From an uncultured Rhodothermales bacterium (GTDB lineage Bacteria; Bacteroidota; Rhodothermia; Rhodothermales; Salinibacteraceae), in NCBI GenBank assembly GCA_964345285.1, contig CAYFQN010000001.1, positions 325 through 64,324 of the forward strand: a stretch of DNA of 64,000 bases. The letters are read 5' to 3'. Under the pieces are notes generated by a model. The model was not told the DNA's origin. It ran no database searches and saw nothing but the letters and a program-made list of their open reading frames with translations. Position numbers and translations under genes: made by a program. Numbering within the stretch: position 1 is the stretch's first letter; every line of letters starts with the position of its first letter. Positions 56,887 through 64,000 of the stretch are shown one piece after another.

Positions 56887-56906
56887 TATACCATGCATAT
56901 ACCATG
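56887..56906. repeat. tandem direct repeat TATACCATG-ca-TATACCATG with 11-bp phasing, in an AT-rich intergenic spacer
   Basis: Read directly from the sequence. It lies between the stop of the CrtO-like gene (56942) and the start of the cyclase gene (56846). Confidence 0.7.
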
Positions 56907-56941
56907 AAACGCTACTAAACGCAACAGAATATATCAGAGCG

Positions 56942-58477
56942 TTACACACGATTCCGGTCGAGGTCTCTCAGGAGCGTGCGCGCGGCGTTTCTTCCTGAAG
57001 CACCCATGATGCCCCCGCCGGGGTGGGTGCTTGCCCCGCTGAGGTATAAGCCCTCGACGGGGCTTTTGTATTGGGCCGCACCCAGGAACGGACGGGCTGC
57101 GAACATCTGGTCTAAACTCATCTCGAGATGCATGACGTTCCCGCGGTAGAGACCGAGGTGCCGCTCAAGCCAAAGGGGGTGCTGAAAGAGTTTCCCCACG
57201 ATGGCATCGCGAGTTCCAGGAGCATATTGCTCAAACGTATCAATGAGACGATCACACACACGGTCTGCAATATCATCCCAGTGTTGCCCGTTGGCCAGTT
57301 CGTATGGGAAGTACTGACCCCATAACCAAAGCACCTCACCACCCTCTGGAGCAAGCGTGTCATCAACGGCACTGAATGTCATAGCCACAATGGGCGGGTC
57401 AGCGGCTGGCTGCCCGCCAAGATAGTCTCCGTACGCTTTGTGAAGCTGACTCATGTCGCGGCAAAGCAACTGGAGCCCCGTTCGCCCTTCGCCAGTAGGG
57501 TCCACCGCGTACTGAACCGGGCGATCCAGTGCCAGACGCACCATAGCACCGAACCCATTGCCAACTCGCATCGTGTGAATGTCCACAGGCTGATGGGCTT
57601 CAGGCAGGAGCTTGCCGAATGTCTCCCAAGCATGAGCCGCCGACAATACAGCTCGCGCCGTGTAGGTCTGGTGGTTAACGCGGACGCCTACCGCTCGGTC
57701 GCGTTCAACTAATATCTCCTCAACGGGCGCCTCAGTAAAAACATCCCCGCCATGGTGCTCGATGTGATCTCTCAAGGCTTGCGTCAACATGCCAGAGCCG
57801 CCGCGCGGTCGAGCCACGCCGCCCTCATGATAGAGCGGATGCCAGAGCACAAACGGACCCGTGAGCGGCTCGGTGGGAGGAGGGCCGGACTGTGCCGCCA
57901 TCCAAGCTAGCATGGTCTGGAGCTTTTCGTTCTGAAAATACTCACTGACCACATGCCCGTATGGGCGGAGGATATGGCGTAACTCGTCACTCCATGTTAG
58001 CTTTGACGACGGGCCGAAGACCATGTTTTTGCCCAACTGGAAAGGGCTAGGCGACGTCAAGAACATTTGCTTCATGGTCTGAGCAAAGCCACTCCAATCG
58101 TCAATGAAGCGGCGGTAAGCGATCCCCGTGCCCGGAAATTGGTCCTCAAGCCGTGCGGCCGTCTGGTCTACGTCGCGGTAGATGTAAACGGCCTCTCCGT
58201 CGGGAAACGGCGCAAAGAACAGTGGGTCCAACTCAATGTATTCAAGACCGAACTGCGCGAGGTTTAATTCGTCAACGATTGGGGTGAGCCGAATAAGGAT
58301 ATGCGCACTACCACCTAAATCAAACCGGTAGCCGGGAACGATTTCTTTGGTAGAGACCGCGCCGCCGACGATGTCGCGACGCTCGAACACCGCTACACGA
58401 TACCCGGCTTGGGCCAGGTAAGCGCTGGCAATTAGCCCGTTGTGACCGGCGCCTATAGTTATGATGTCGTAGTCCAC
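56942..58477 (-). CDS. FAD-dependent phytoene-desaturase-family oxidoreductase, CrtO-type carotenoid ketolase-like
   Basis: 511 aa with a GTG start. The N-terminal dinucleotide fold is [37 protein letters not shown]. It is COG1233-like throughout. The ketolase assignment rests on neighbourhood (cyclase plus xanthorhodopsin) and on the known crtO-XR linkage in Salinibacter. Confidence 0.6.
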   Translation of the reverse strand: MDYDIITIGAGHNGLIASAYLAQAGYRVAVFERRDIVGGAVSTKEIVPGYRFDLGGSAHILIRLTPIVDELNLAQFGLEYIELDPLFFAPFPDGEAVYIYRDVDQTAARLEDQFPGTGIAYRRFIDDWSGFAQTMKQMFLTSPSPFQLGKNMVFGPSSKLTWSDELRHILRPYGHVVSEYFQNEKLQTMLAWMAAQSGPPPTEPLTGPFVLWHPLYHEGGVARPRGGSGMLTQALRDHIEHHGGDVFTEAPVEEILVERDRAVGVRVNHQTYTARAVLSAAHAWETFGKLLPEAHQPVDIHTMRVGNGFGAMVRLALDRPVQYAVDPTGEGRTGLQLLCRDMSQLHKAYGDYLGGQPAADPPIVAMTFSAVDDTLAPEGGEVLWLWGQYFPYELANGQHWDDIADRVCDRLIDTFEQYAPGTRDAIVGKLFQHPLWLERHLGLYRGNVMHLEMSLDQMFAARPFLGAAQYKSPVEGLYLSGASTHPGGGIMGASGRNAARTLLRDLDRNRV

Positions 58478-58643
58478 AATGCATTAAAACCGTTAGAGGA
58501 GAGGATGTGTGTTCATCTGGAGAGCAACTCTGCCCATACGACATACGCGTCAGCGGGAACTGGGAAAACGAAGGAATTGTGAAACTGCGGGCGCGCCCAT
58601 GCGTGACATCACACAGAGCAGTTATGATCTACAAGGAGGTATT

Positions 58644-58883
58644 ATGAACTGGGTATATCAGGTGCTCAGCTTTTTCGTTGCGTTTGGACCTGTCATCCTG
58701 GGCACCCTACTGTGGCATCTCCTCTGGAATGACGACTCTGACTCCTCGTCTGATCCGCCCGGCGGAGGGCCCGAGTGGCGACCTGTTCCGCCATCGCCGG
58801 CGGCTCCGGCGGACCGTGGCCCGGTCCGACGTCGGCCCCAACGCCAACCCCGGGTTCCACGACCGACGTCGTTTCATTCCTGA
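58644..58883 (+). CDS. small single-pass membrane protein with acidic/Ser then Pro/Arg-rich tail (hypothetical)
   Basis: 79 aa: MNWVYQVLSFFVAFGPVILGTLLWHLLWNDDSDSSSDPPGGGPEWRPVPPSP... It uses the internal ATG of track ORF 58509..58883, preceded by a strong AGGAGG Shine-Dalgarno about 5 nt upstream. Confidence 0.45.
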   Translation: MNWVYQVLSFFVAFGPVILGTLLWHLLWNDDSDSSSDPPGGGPEWRPVPPSPAAPADRGPVRRRPQRQPRVPRPTSFHS

Positions 58884-58909
58884 TCCAGCGCCACCTACAC
58901 CATGTTCTT

Positions 58910-59536
58910 ATGGAGCTTATCGACATCTCGCGTCCGCTTTCGGTACAGACCGCCGTCTGGCCCGGAGATCGCCAGGTCAAAACCGCCTGGTCGCAGTCGA
59001 TCAAAGCTGGTGATGCCGTTAATGTCGGGGCCATAGCAACGAGCTTGCACGCAGGAACACACGCTGATGCGCCGTATCACTTCGATGTGAAGGGGGCCTC
59101 GGTCGACCAGGTGCCGCTTCAGGCTTACATCGGGTCCGCATCGGTTATTCCGGTCGGTGCGGCGGATACAATCACTGTCGAGCTGCTGGAGGCGACTGAC
59201 ATTCCGATCACCCCTCGCTTGCTGTTCCGGTCACCTTGTAGTGAGTCATCATTGTCCGAATGGCCTACTTCGTATCCCGCCATCAGCTCGAACGTGGCCG
59301 CTTGGCTAGCCGCACACGGCGTTGTGCTCGTTGGTACGGATGCTCCGTCTGTTGACGGACAGGCGAGCACGGCCCTCCCAGCGCACCACGCGCTACACGA
59401 GCATCGGATCGCTATCCTGGAGCACTTGGACTTATCAAGGGCCGAGCCGGGCCAGTACGACATGGTCGCGCTCCCGTTGCGACTTACCGGGATGGATGCA
59501 TCGCCCGTACGGGCCGTGCTGATACGTAAATCCTGA
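58910..59536 (+). CDS. cyclase-family protein (kynurenine formamidase / arylformamidase-like)
   Basis: The start at the ATG at 58910 (MELIDISRPL) lies inside track ORF 58775..59536. The HxGTHxDxPxH motif is present (LHAGTHADAPYHF). Confidence 0.75.
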   Translation: MELIDISRPLSVQTAVWPGDRQVKTAWSQSIKAGDAVNVGAIATSLHAGTHADAPYHFDVKGASVDQVPLQAYIGSASVIPVGAADTITVELLEATDIPITPRLLFRSPCSESSLSEWPTSYPAISSNVAAWLAAHGVVLVGTDAPSVDGQASTALPAHHALHEHRIAILEHLDLSRAEPGQYDMVALPLRLTGMDASPVRAVLIRKS

Positions 59537-59663
59537 GCATCATCCCGGGCCTCCAGTCGATGATGTCTCGCAGAACCGTATGTTGCAATTGCGTGCCCCG
59601 AGAGCCTTCTTTACTGTTGAATTCGTGATAAATGGTATTATCAAGAATTGAAAATATAATGCT

Positions 59664-60662
59664 ATGGCATCTGATCCATCACATAGTGCGTCTCCCAACC
59701 CACCCGACGCTCGATCTGGTGATGCACTCACGTCTGGTCTGGACGACGACACAACGCCGGTGACCTCAGGTAGTGCCGATCGTGTTGATCTGCTTCCACA
59801 TTACCTAGAACGATTCGAGCGCGCTCACACGAGGCGGTCGTACCGTACCGACCTCGAGCAGTTCTTCGAGCGTACGACCGTCACGGTAGCCGATGCGCGC
59901 TCCATGTCCTTCAAGGACGTCAACCGCCATATTCGTGAACTCGAAGACGATAACCGGAAGCCGGCCACCATCCAGCGTCGCATATCTGCGATCCGCGGGT
60001 TCTACGACTGGTTAGTCGCTCTTGAGGCCGTAACGCGCAATCCGGCCGACAAAAACCTTGTTCGTCGTGTGCGTGCGAGCCGCCGCCAGGATCACACCAT
60101 CACGTTTCTGACGCGCGATCAGGCCCGGCAGCTTCTTGCTGCAGCCGATGCCGCTGGTGAAGCGGCGCGCCGAGATCGCGCCTTGATCATGACGTTGCTG
60201 CATTGCGTGCTGCGCCGATCGGAAGCAGCCGCTATGGACCTGGAACACCTACGGCCCTTAGGTCACTACTGGGTGCTGGACCTACCCGACGCCAAAGGCG
60301 GGACGGACCAGTATGTGAAGGTGCCGGCGCACGTGGTAGAAACTATCCATGACATGGCCGATGCGTACGGGATCACGTCCGGTGCGCTCTGGCGCTCATT
60401 TAGCAATCGAAATCGCGGTGAACGGTTGACCCCCGATGCCATCTACAAGATGGTGAAGCGCACAGCACAGCGGGCCAACCTTCCAGACATCGGCGCGCAC
60501 GTACTTCGCCATACGGGATGCACGTTGGCCATAGAATCAGGGGCGACCGTTGAGCAGGTTAAAACGCATGCTCGGCACAAGGACATTGACACGACGATGA
60601 ATTACATTCATCAACGCGATAAGCTTCGCGATAGTGCAGCTGATCGCATAAATATTGACTGA
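59664..60662 (+). CDS. tyrosine site-specific recombinase (integrase/XerC-XerD family)
   Basis: 332 aa. It has an N-terminal SAM-like core-binding domain (ISAIRGFYDWLV). The catalytic residues are R in VLRRSEAAAM, HxxR in HVLRHTG, and H/Y in ARHKDIDTTMNYIH. The promoter region is AT-rich and includes TATAAT at 59655-59660. The start codon is uncertain. Confidence 0.8.
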   Translation: MASDPSHSASPNPPDARSGDALTSGLDDDTTPVTSGSADRVDLLPHYLERFERAHTRRSYRTDLEQFFERTTVTVADARSMSFKDVNRHIRELEDDNRKPATIQRRISAIRGFYDWLVALEAVTRNPADKNLVRRVRASRRQDHTITFLTRDQARQLLAAADAAGEAARRDRALIMTLLHCVLRRSEAAAMDLEHLRPLGHYWVLDLPDAKGGTDQYVKVPAHVVETIHDMADAYGITSGALWRSFSNRNRGERLTPDAIYKMVKRTAQRANLPDIGAHVLRHTGCTLAIESGATVEQVKTHARHKDIDTTMNYIHQRDKLRDSAADRINID

Positions 60663-60663
60663 T

Positions 60664-61992
60664 TTATTCGCCTTCGAGGTAGCTTACTTCACCACTAATA
60701 TATAAACCCTTATCGGTACAGAAACGGGTCGGCTTTTTAATGGTGAATGGCGCGCTTGACAAGCTAGAGGTGGCTCCGCGCCGAAGTGTCGCAGTATCTA
60801 TAAACTCAATTATATACGTCGCACGTTGATCCCTTAATACAGCCTGAGACCATGTACGGGGTCCACAAACCAGAGCGCTCTGTACAGCATGGTTTTTCAG
60901 CCACGCAAAAACAGAACCCACGTACCCTTTAGCTCCCTCAGCATCGACACCGACTACCGTGAAATCTGTGGCCTCAGGGGTGGTTCGCAGCGAGGCAGCC
61001 CCCTCCATGGCGGTGAAGACGGTTACCGGTGCAACTGCAGTCGTCCGCTTGCACAGGCGAGCTGGGGTTACCCGGTCGGGGTCGAGCACGATGACATGTG
61101 AAGGCCCTGAGCTTTGGGCATCTAACGTCTCAGTGAGCACGTCGAGTTGATCGGGGCCTGCAATGATAGCGTCGTGGTTGATAGCAACGGGCGTCACAAC
61201 TCGGACACTAGTCGCCGCTGGTTCCATCATCTGGCCGTCGAGCCGGCGATGTACCAGCAGCGTGACAAAAGGGTTGTGTGTATGATCGTCAGAACTCAGA
61301 CGTCTCTGGAGACTGCCGAAGTGCGATCCGGGGAGGTTGGGCTTGGAGCTGGAGCCCGACGTGGTGGAGTCGAGATCCAACATGTGCTGCATGCGCTTCA
61401 GTTTTGTATGCAGATACTCCGTGTTATGCACGTTGGGCTCCGGCTGCAGCGGCACGCGTTCACTCACGTCTATACCGTGGGATTTCAAGCTTTCGATCTT
61501 TTCAGGATTGTTCGTGAGGAGGCGTACCGACTGAACGTTTAGGTCGCGCAGTATAAGAGCGCCGATAGTGTAATCGCGCTCGTCCGCCCCGTGGCCAAGC
61601 GCTAGGTTAGCATCGACCGTGTCGTAGCCCTGATCCTGTAGATTGTACGCTCGCAGCTTATCGTGTAGGCCAATTCCTCGTCCCTCCTGGCGAAGGTATA
61701 ACACGATACCAGCTCCCTCCTCTGCGATCATGCGCATTGAGGCGTTCAGTTGCTCGCCACAGTCGCATCGCAACGAGCCCAGCACGTCTCCTGTAAAGCA
61801 CTCAGAATGCACGCGAACGAGCACGTCATCTGCTGAGTGAATGTCGCCGTGCATGAGAGCTAAGTGGTCCTTCTCATCCAACGAGTTCTCATATAAAGCC
61901 AGTTGGAACTCTCCAAATTGCGTGGGGATGCGTGCTGAAGTGAGAAGCTTTATCTGATCGTTCACAATGTTCGATGTACCACGACTCATCAA
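60664..61992 (-). CDS. ribA: GTP cyclohydrolase II fused to a RibD_C-like (pyrimidine reductase fold) C-terminal domain
   Basis: 442 aa. The N-terminal ~200 aa carry the Zn-Cys triad (RVHSECFTGDVLGSLRCDCGEQL), LRQEGRGIGL and LLTNNPEK. The C-terminal ~230 aa resemble the reductase domain (PFVTLLVHRRLDGQM..., HDAIIAGPDQL, VIVLDPD, SALVCGP). No deaminase domain is present. Confidence 0.7.
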   Translation of the reverse strand: MMSRGTSNIVNDQIKLLTSARIPTQFGEFQLALYENSLDEKDHLALMHGDIHSADDVLVRVHSECFTGDVLGSLRCDCGEQLNASMRMIAEEGAGIVLYLRQEGRGIGLHDKLRAYNLQDQGYDTVDANLALGHGADERDYTIGALILRDLNVQSVRLLTNNPEKIESLKSHGIDVSERVPLQPEPNVHNTEYLHTKLKRMQHMLDLDSTTSGSSSKPNLPGSHFGSLQRRLSSDDHTHNPFVTLLVHRRLDGQMMEPAATSVRVVTPVAINHDAIIAGPDQLDVLTETLDAQSSGPSHVIVLDPDRVTPARLCKRTTAVAPVTVFTAMEGAASLRTTPEATDFTVVGVDAEGAKGYVGSVFAWLKNHAVQSALVCGPRTWSQAVLRDQRATYIIEFIDTATLRRGATSSLSSAPFTIKKPTRFCTDKGLYISGEVSYLEGE

Positions 61993-62031
61993 GTAATAGA
62001 CGCCACAATAAGTGAGGGCATAGCAAATGCG

Positions 62032-63198
62032 TTAATTGGGACTCCCGACTTGGTTGCTGTCCGTAGAGCCTCTGTTGCCAAGGCGTGTAAGAAGTAGCAA
62101 GAACCCGGCAGTAGTGATCATTATTTGAGGAGGCGAAATACCAGCAAGCAGAGACAAGAAGGCAGCGGTCGTCAAAATGACCAGGGCGGACTTCCAGCGA
62201 CCCACGTCTACGATAGAAAGGCCCACCGAGAGGGCGAGTACGCCAACCAATATATATTTCAAAACACTGGCCAGGGATTGATCTGGGGGCTGGAGCTCCG
62301 CGATAAGAAACCAGCCGAAGCCGGCCCCAAGAACAAGGTGAAGCACAACGGGCAGGTAGTGACGCCCCCAACGACTCAAGAGAGCGACAGCACGTTGATG
62401 CCATCGGCTGCCAACTCGAATGGCCCCAGTCGTAATCAGGCCGTCCCACAGAAAACTTGCGATGACGGGAAGAACGATAGAAAGGCCGACAGCCGTAGTG
62501 AGTGGAGGCTTGAATATGGGAAAAAGCATAACACACAAGAAGCCCACCTCGAAGCCGCCAACCATGGATCGCCAGCGGCGGTGAGGCGCCGCAGTTATCG
62601 AACCGCCGGCCCGCTTCCAGCCCCAAAGGAACACGCGGTATCCGTAGAATAAGAGCCCAGCGTAGGCAAAATACACGGGCAACTGACCTAAGTTCACACC
62701 CAGAATAAAGGCGACGAGGATGCCCAAGGAGTCGACCTCGACATCCAACCGTGCTCCGAGATCGGTCGTTTGATCATGCTTTCGGGCGAGACGGCCGTCC
62801 AGCAGGTCGGTGAGTGAGGCAACAGTGTACAGGATGCCAGGCACCCAAGCCCACAGTCCTGTGAGCGGCGGAAGCACCAAGAAGCCAGCAAGTAATCCAA
62901 ACAGAAGGCCGCGAAAAAGGGTCAGTTGGTTGCCTATCCCGAGGTGTGGCAGGATGGTTCCATCTGGATGGGCTCGGTTCAACGGCAGGTACGCGCGGGT
63001 GTATCCGAGCAGATAGACCAGTGCACTGGACGCACCGATCCCCCAGTAGCCAGCCCCTGAGGGGTGCCACGCGAGGTACATGGCAACGTATCCACCGAGG
63101 AAGGTCAGACCAAACACGGCTACTGTCCACCACCACCGCCGTTTGAGCGAAATCGGTAGCGATGAGGAAGCATCCATGACAGGTCGGCGTTGAAGCAT
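62032..63198 (-). CDS. CDP-alcohol phosphatidyltransferase family membrane protein with an extra C-terminal polytopic domain
   Basis: The signature D-x2-DG-x2-AR-x8-G-x3-D-x3-D is read in DLLDGRLARKHDQTTDLGARLDVEVD. There are about 10 TM helices. The probable start is the ATG at 63198 or 63177, inside track ORF 62032..63315. Confidence 0.7.
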   Translation of the reverse strand: MLQRRPVMDASSSLPISLKRRWWWTVAVFGLTFLGGYVAMYLAWHPSGAGYWGIGASSALVYLLGYTRAYLPLNRAHPDGTILPHLGIGNQLTLFRGLLFGLLAGFLVLPPLTGLWAWVPGILYTVASLTDLLDGRLARKHDQTTDLGARLDVEVDSLGILVAFILGVNLGQLPVYFAYAGLLFYGYRVFLWGWKRAGGSITAAPHRRWRSMVGGFEVGFLCVMLFPIFKPPLTTAVGLSIVLPVIASFLWDGLITTGAIRVGSRWHQRAVALLSRWGRHYLPVVLHLVLGAGFGWFLIAELQPPDQSLASVLKYILVGVLALSVGLSIVDVGRWKSALVILTTAAFLSLLAGISPPQIMITTAGFLLLLTRLGNRGSTDSNQVGSPN

Positions 63199-63336
63199 CG
63201 ATACCCACTGCGTGTGGGTCAACGTGCACACCAAGCAGTGCGATGAAGTATTGTTTCTGTTGCCACCTATAATTTCACAATCTAAGGACCTGATTGGGGC
63301 CATCCAGGGCGCCAATGCTTCGTGGATTACCTATTA

Positions 63337-64000
63337 ATGGATGGCCTCCTGAGGCACCAGGCGAACCAGTCGAATCCCGACTTCGTTGGCGAACCCGATC
63401 GCTACGACACACAACTTGATGCTGTACCTACTGTGGAATCTCAATCTAGCATGGACGGATCTTCCTCTACTTTCCACCCGGTCTGCGTAGGCGCGCTCTA
63501 CCCGGGGATCGAACGAGGCCTGTCCGCAGACGTGCTGGCAGTGCGAGCGATGGGCGGGCAGGCGCGTCCTGTTTGTACGTCGCTGGTCGTGGCCGGTCGC
63601 GGAACGGTCACTGACGTGCTAGACGTGCCTACCGACACCATCGACGCGCAGTTGTCGCATCTATTCGACACGCGCCGCCCGACGGCAGCGAAGGTAGGGA
63701 TTCTGAACCACCCAGCGACGGTCGAGTCGGTGTTTCGCCACATGAATGACGCACTGAGTGGGCCGTTTGTATACGACTTGACGCTCAGTGGACCGAGTGG
63801 AGAAGACATCATCAGCCAGCGTGCCTTGGACGCCGTGCACGACCACCTGTCCATTCCCGATCTGGTAACCCTCCGTGTGCACGATGCTGAGCTGATTGCT
63901 GGCATGGAGATTCCGAGCTTGGACGACGCGCAAGTAGCCATTCAGCGGATAGGTCAGTTGGGGGCGGCTCACGTCCTACTGCGCTGTGGCCGACTGCCCA
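63337..64000 (+). CDS. ThiD/PdxK-like (ribokinase-superfamily) kinase, divergent, 3' end runs off the window
   Basis: Absent from the ORF track because it has no stop in the window. The frame is open from the ATG at 63337, with an alternative ATG at 63451. The translation ...VCVGALYPGIERGLSADVLAVRAMGGQARPVCTSLVVAG...AKVGIL... is collinear with the ThiD N-terminus, but the usual GSDxSGGAGIQAD is degenerate. Confidence 0.45.
   Translation, partial: MDGLLRHQANQSNPDFVGEPDRYDTQLDAVPTVESQSSMDGSSSTFHPVCVGALYPGIERGLSADVLAVRAMGGQARPVCTSLVVAGRGTVTDVLDVPTDTIDAQLSHLFDTRRPTAAKVGILNHPATVESVFRHMNDALSGPFVYDLTLSGPSGEDIISQRALDAVHDHLSIPDLVTLRVHDAELIAGMEIPSLDDAQVAIQRIGQLGAAHVLLRCGRLP

Noticed and set aside
58775-58909. 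An N-terminal extension of the cyclase/formamidase ORF (track start 58775), which overlaps the small membrane-protein ORF.
   Set aside because: The extension is P/G/T-rich with no similarity to the family. The conserved protein begins at MELIDISRP (ATG 58910). The overlapping frame has a strong Shine-Dalgarno and a TM helix.
59664-60662. Calling a prophage or integrative element around the tyrosine recombinase.
   Set aside because: The window has no phage, conjugation or transposition genes, no flanking tRNA, and no direct repeats that I could find. The gene might be a XerC/XerD-type housekeeping recombinase. It is reported only as a CDS plus a cautious finding.

Overview
This is a 64-kb stretch of a high-GC bacterial chromosome with a very acidic proteome. 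I infer a salt-in halophile of the Rhodothermota / Salinibacter-like branch of Bacteroidota. The grounds are a T9SS C-terminal sorting domain, a xanthorhodopsin-type pump beside a CrtO-like enzyme, and D/E-rich tails on IF-2, S1 and NusA. The window holds about 50 densely packed protein genes, mostly housekeeping. From left to right they are:
- a partial FNR-like reductase, an NDH-2-like oxidoreductase and MoxR;
- three tandem SurA/PpiD-like chaperones;
- convergent gltX and glnS, where GlnRS carries a C-terminal GatB/YqeY domain;
- a SpoU-mutA-mutB-meaB methylmalonyl-CoA mutase operon;
- cmk and rpsA;
- malic enzyme, a CoA-transferase, an aldehyde dehydrogenase and an aminotransferase;
- prfB, with its classical +1 frameshift that the ORF track misses;
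- the rimP-nusA-infB-rbfA-truB-ribF-rpsO-pnp block;
- a GalE-like epimerase, scpA/scpB, an RluB-like synthase, guaB and pepP.

From about 45.6 kb the sequence looks lower in G+C by eye and becomes more accessory. This part holds:
- a 1438-aa S8 peptidase with FG-GAP repeats and a T9SS tail, tightly followed by an RsbW-like kinase and a glycosyltransferase-methyltransferase fusion;
- miaA and a Na/Pi transporter;
- a CrtO-like / lycopene cyclase / xanthorhodopsin cluster flanked by two look-alike small membrane proteins;
- a kynurenine-formamidase-like cyclase and a tyrosine recombinase;
- a GTP cyclohydrolase II-RibD_C fusion, a large CDP-alcohol phosphatidyltransferase and a divergent partial ThiD-like kinase.

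I recognised no rRNA, tRNA, CRISPR array or IS element. The signal that gene content explains least is an AT-rich 12-mer, CCGTTATTGCAA. It occurs four times on the + strand, exactly at gene junctions, and its first half (TAAAA(T)..CCGTTA) recurs next to the rhodopsin/carotenoid genes. I see no clear-cut novel multi-gene system. The integrase-adjacent GCHII-reductase / CDP-alcohol transferase / ThiD-like group and the S8-RsbW-GT/MT operon are the best candidates for uncharacterised biology. All function calls rest on motifs read by eye from the translations; no database search was possible.
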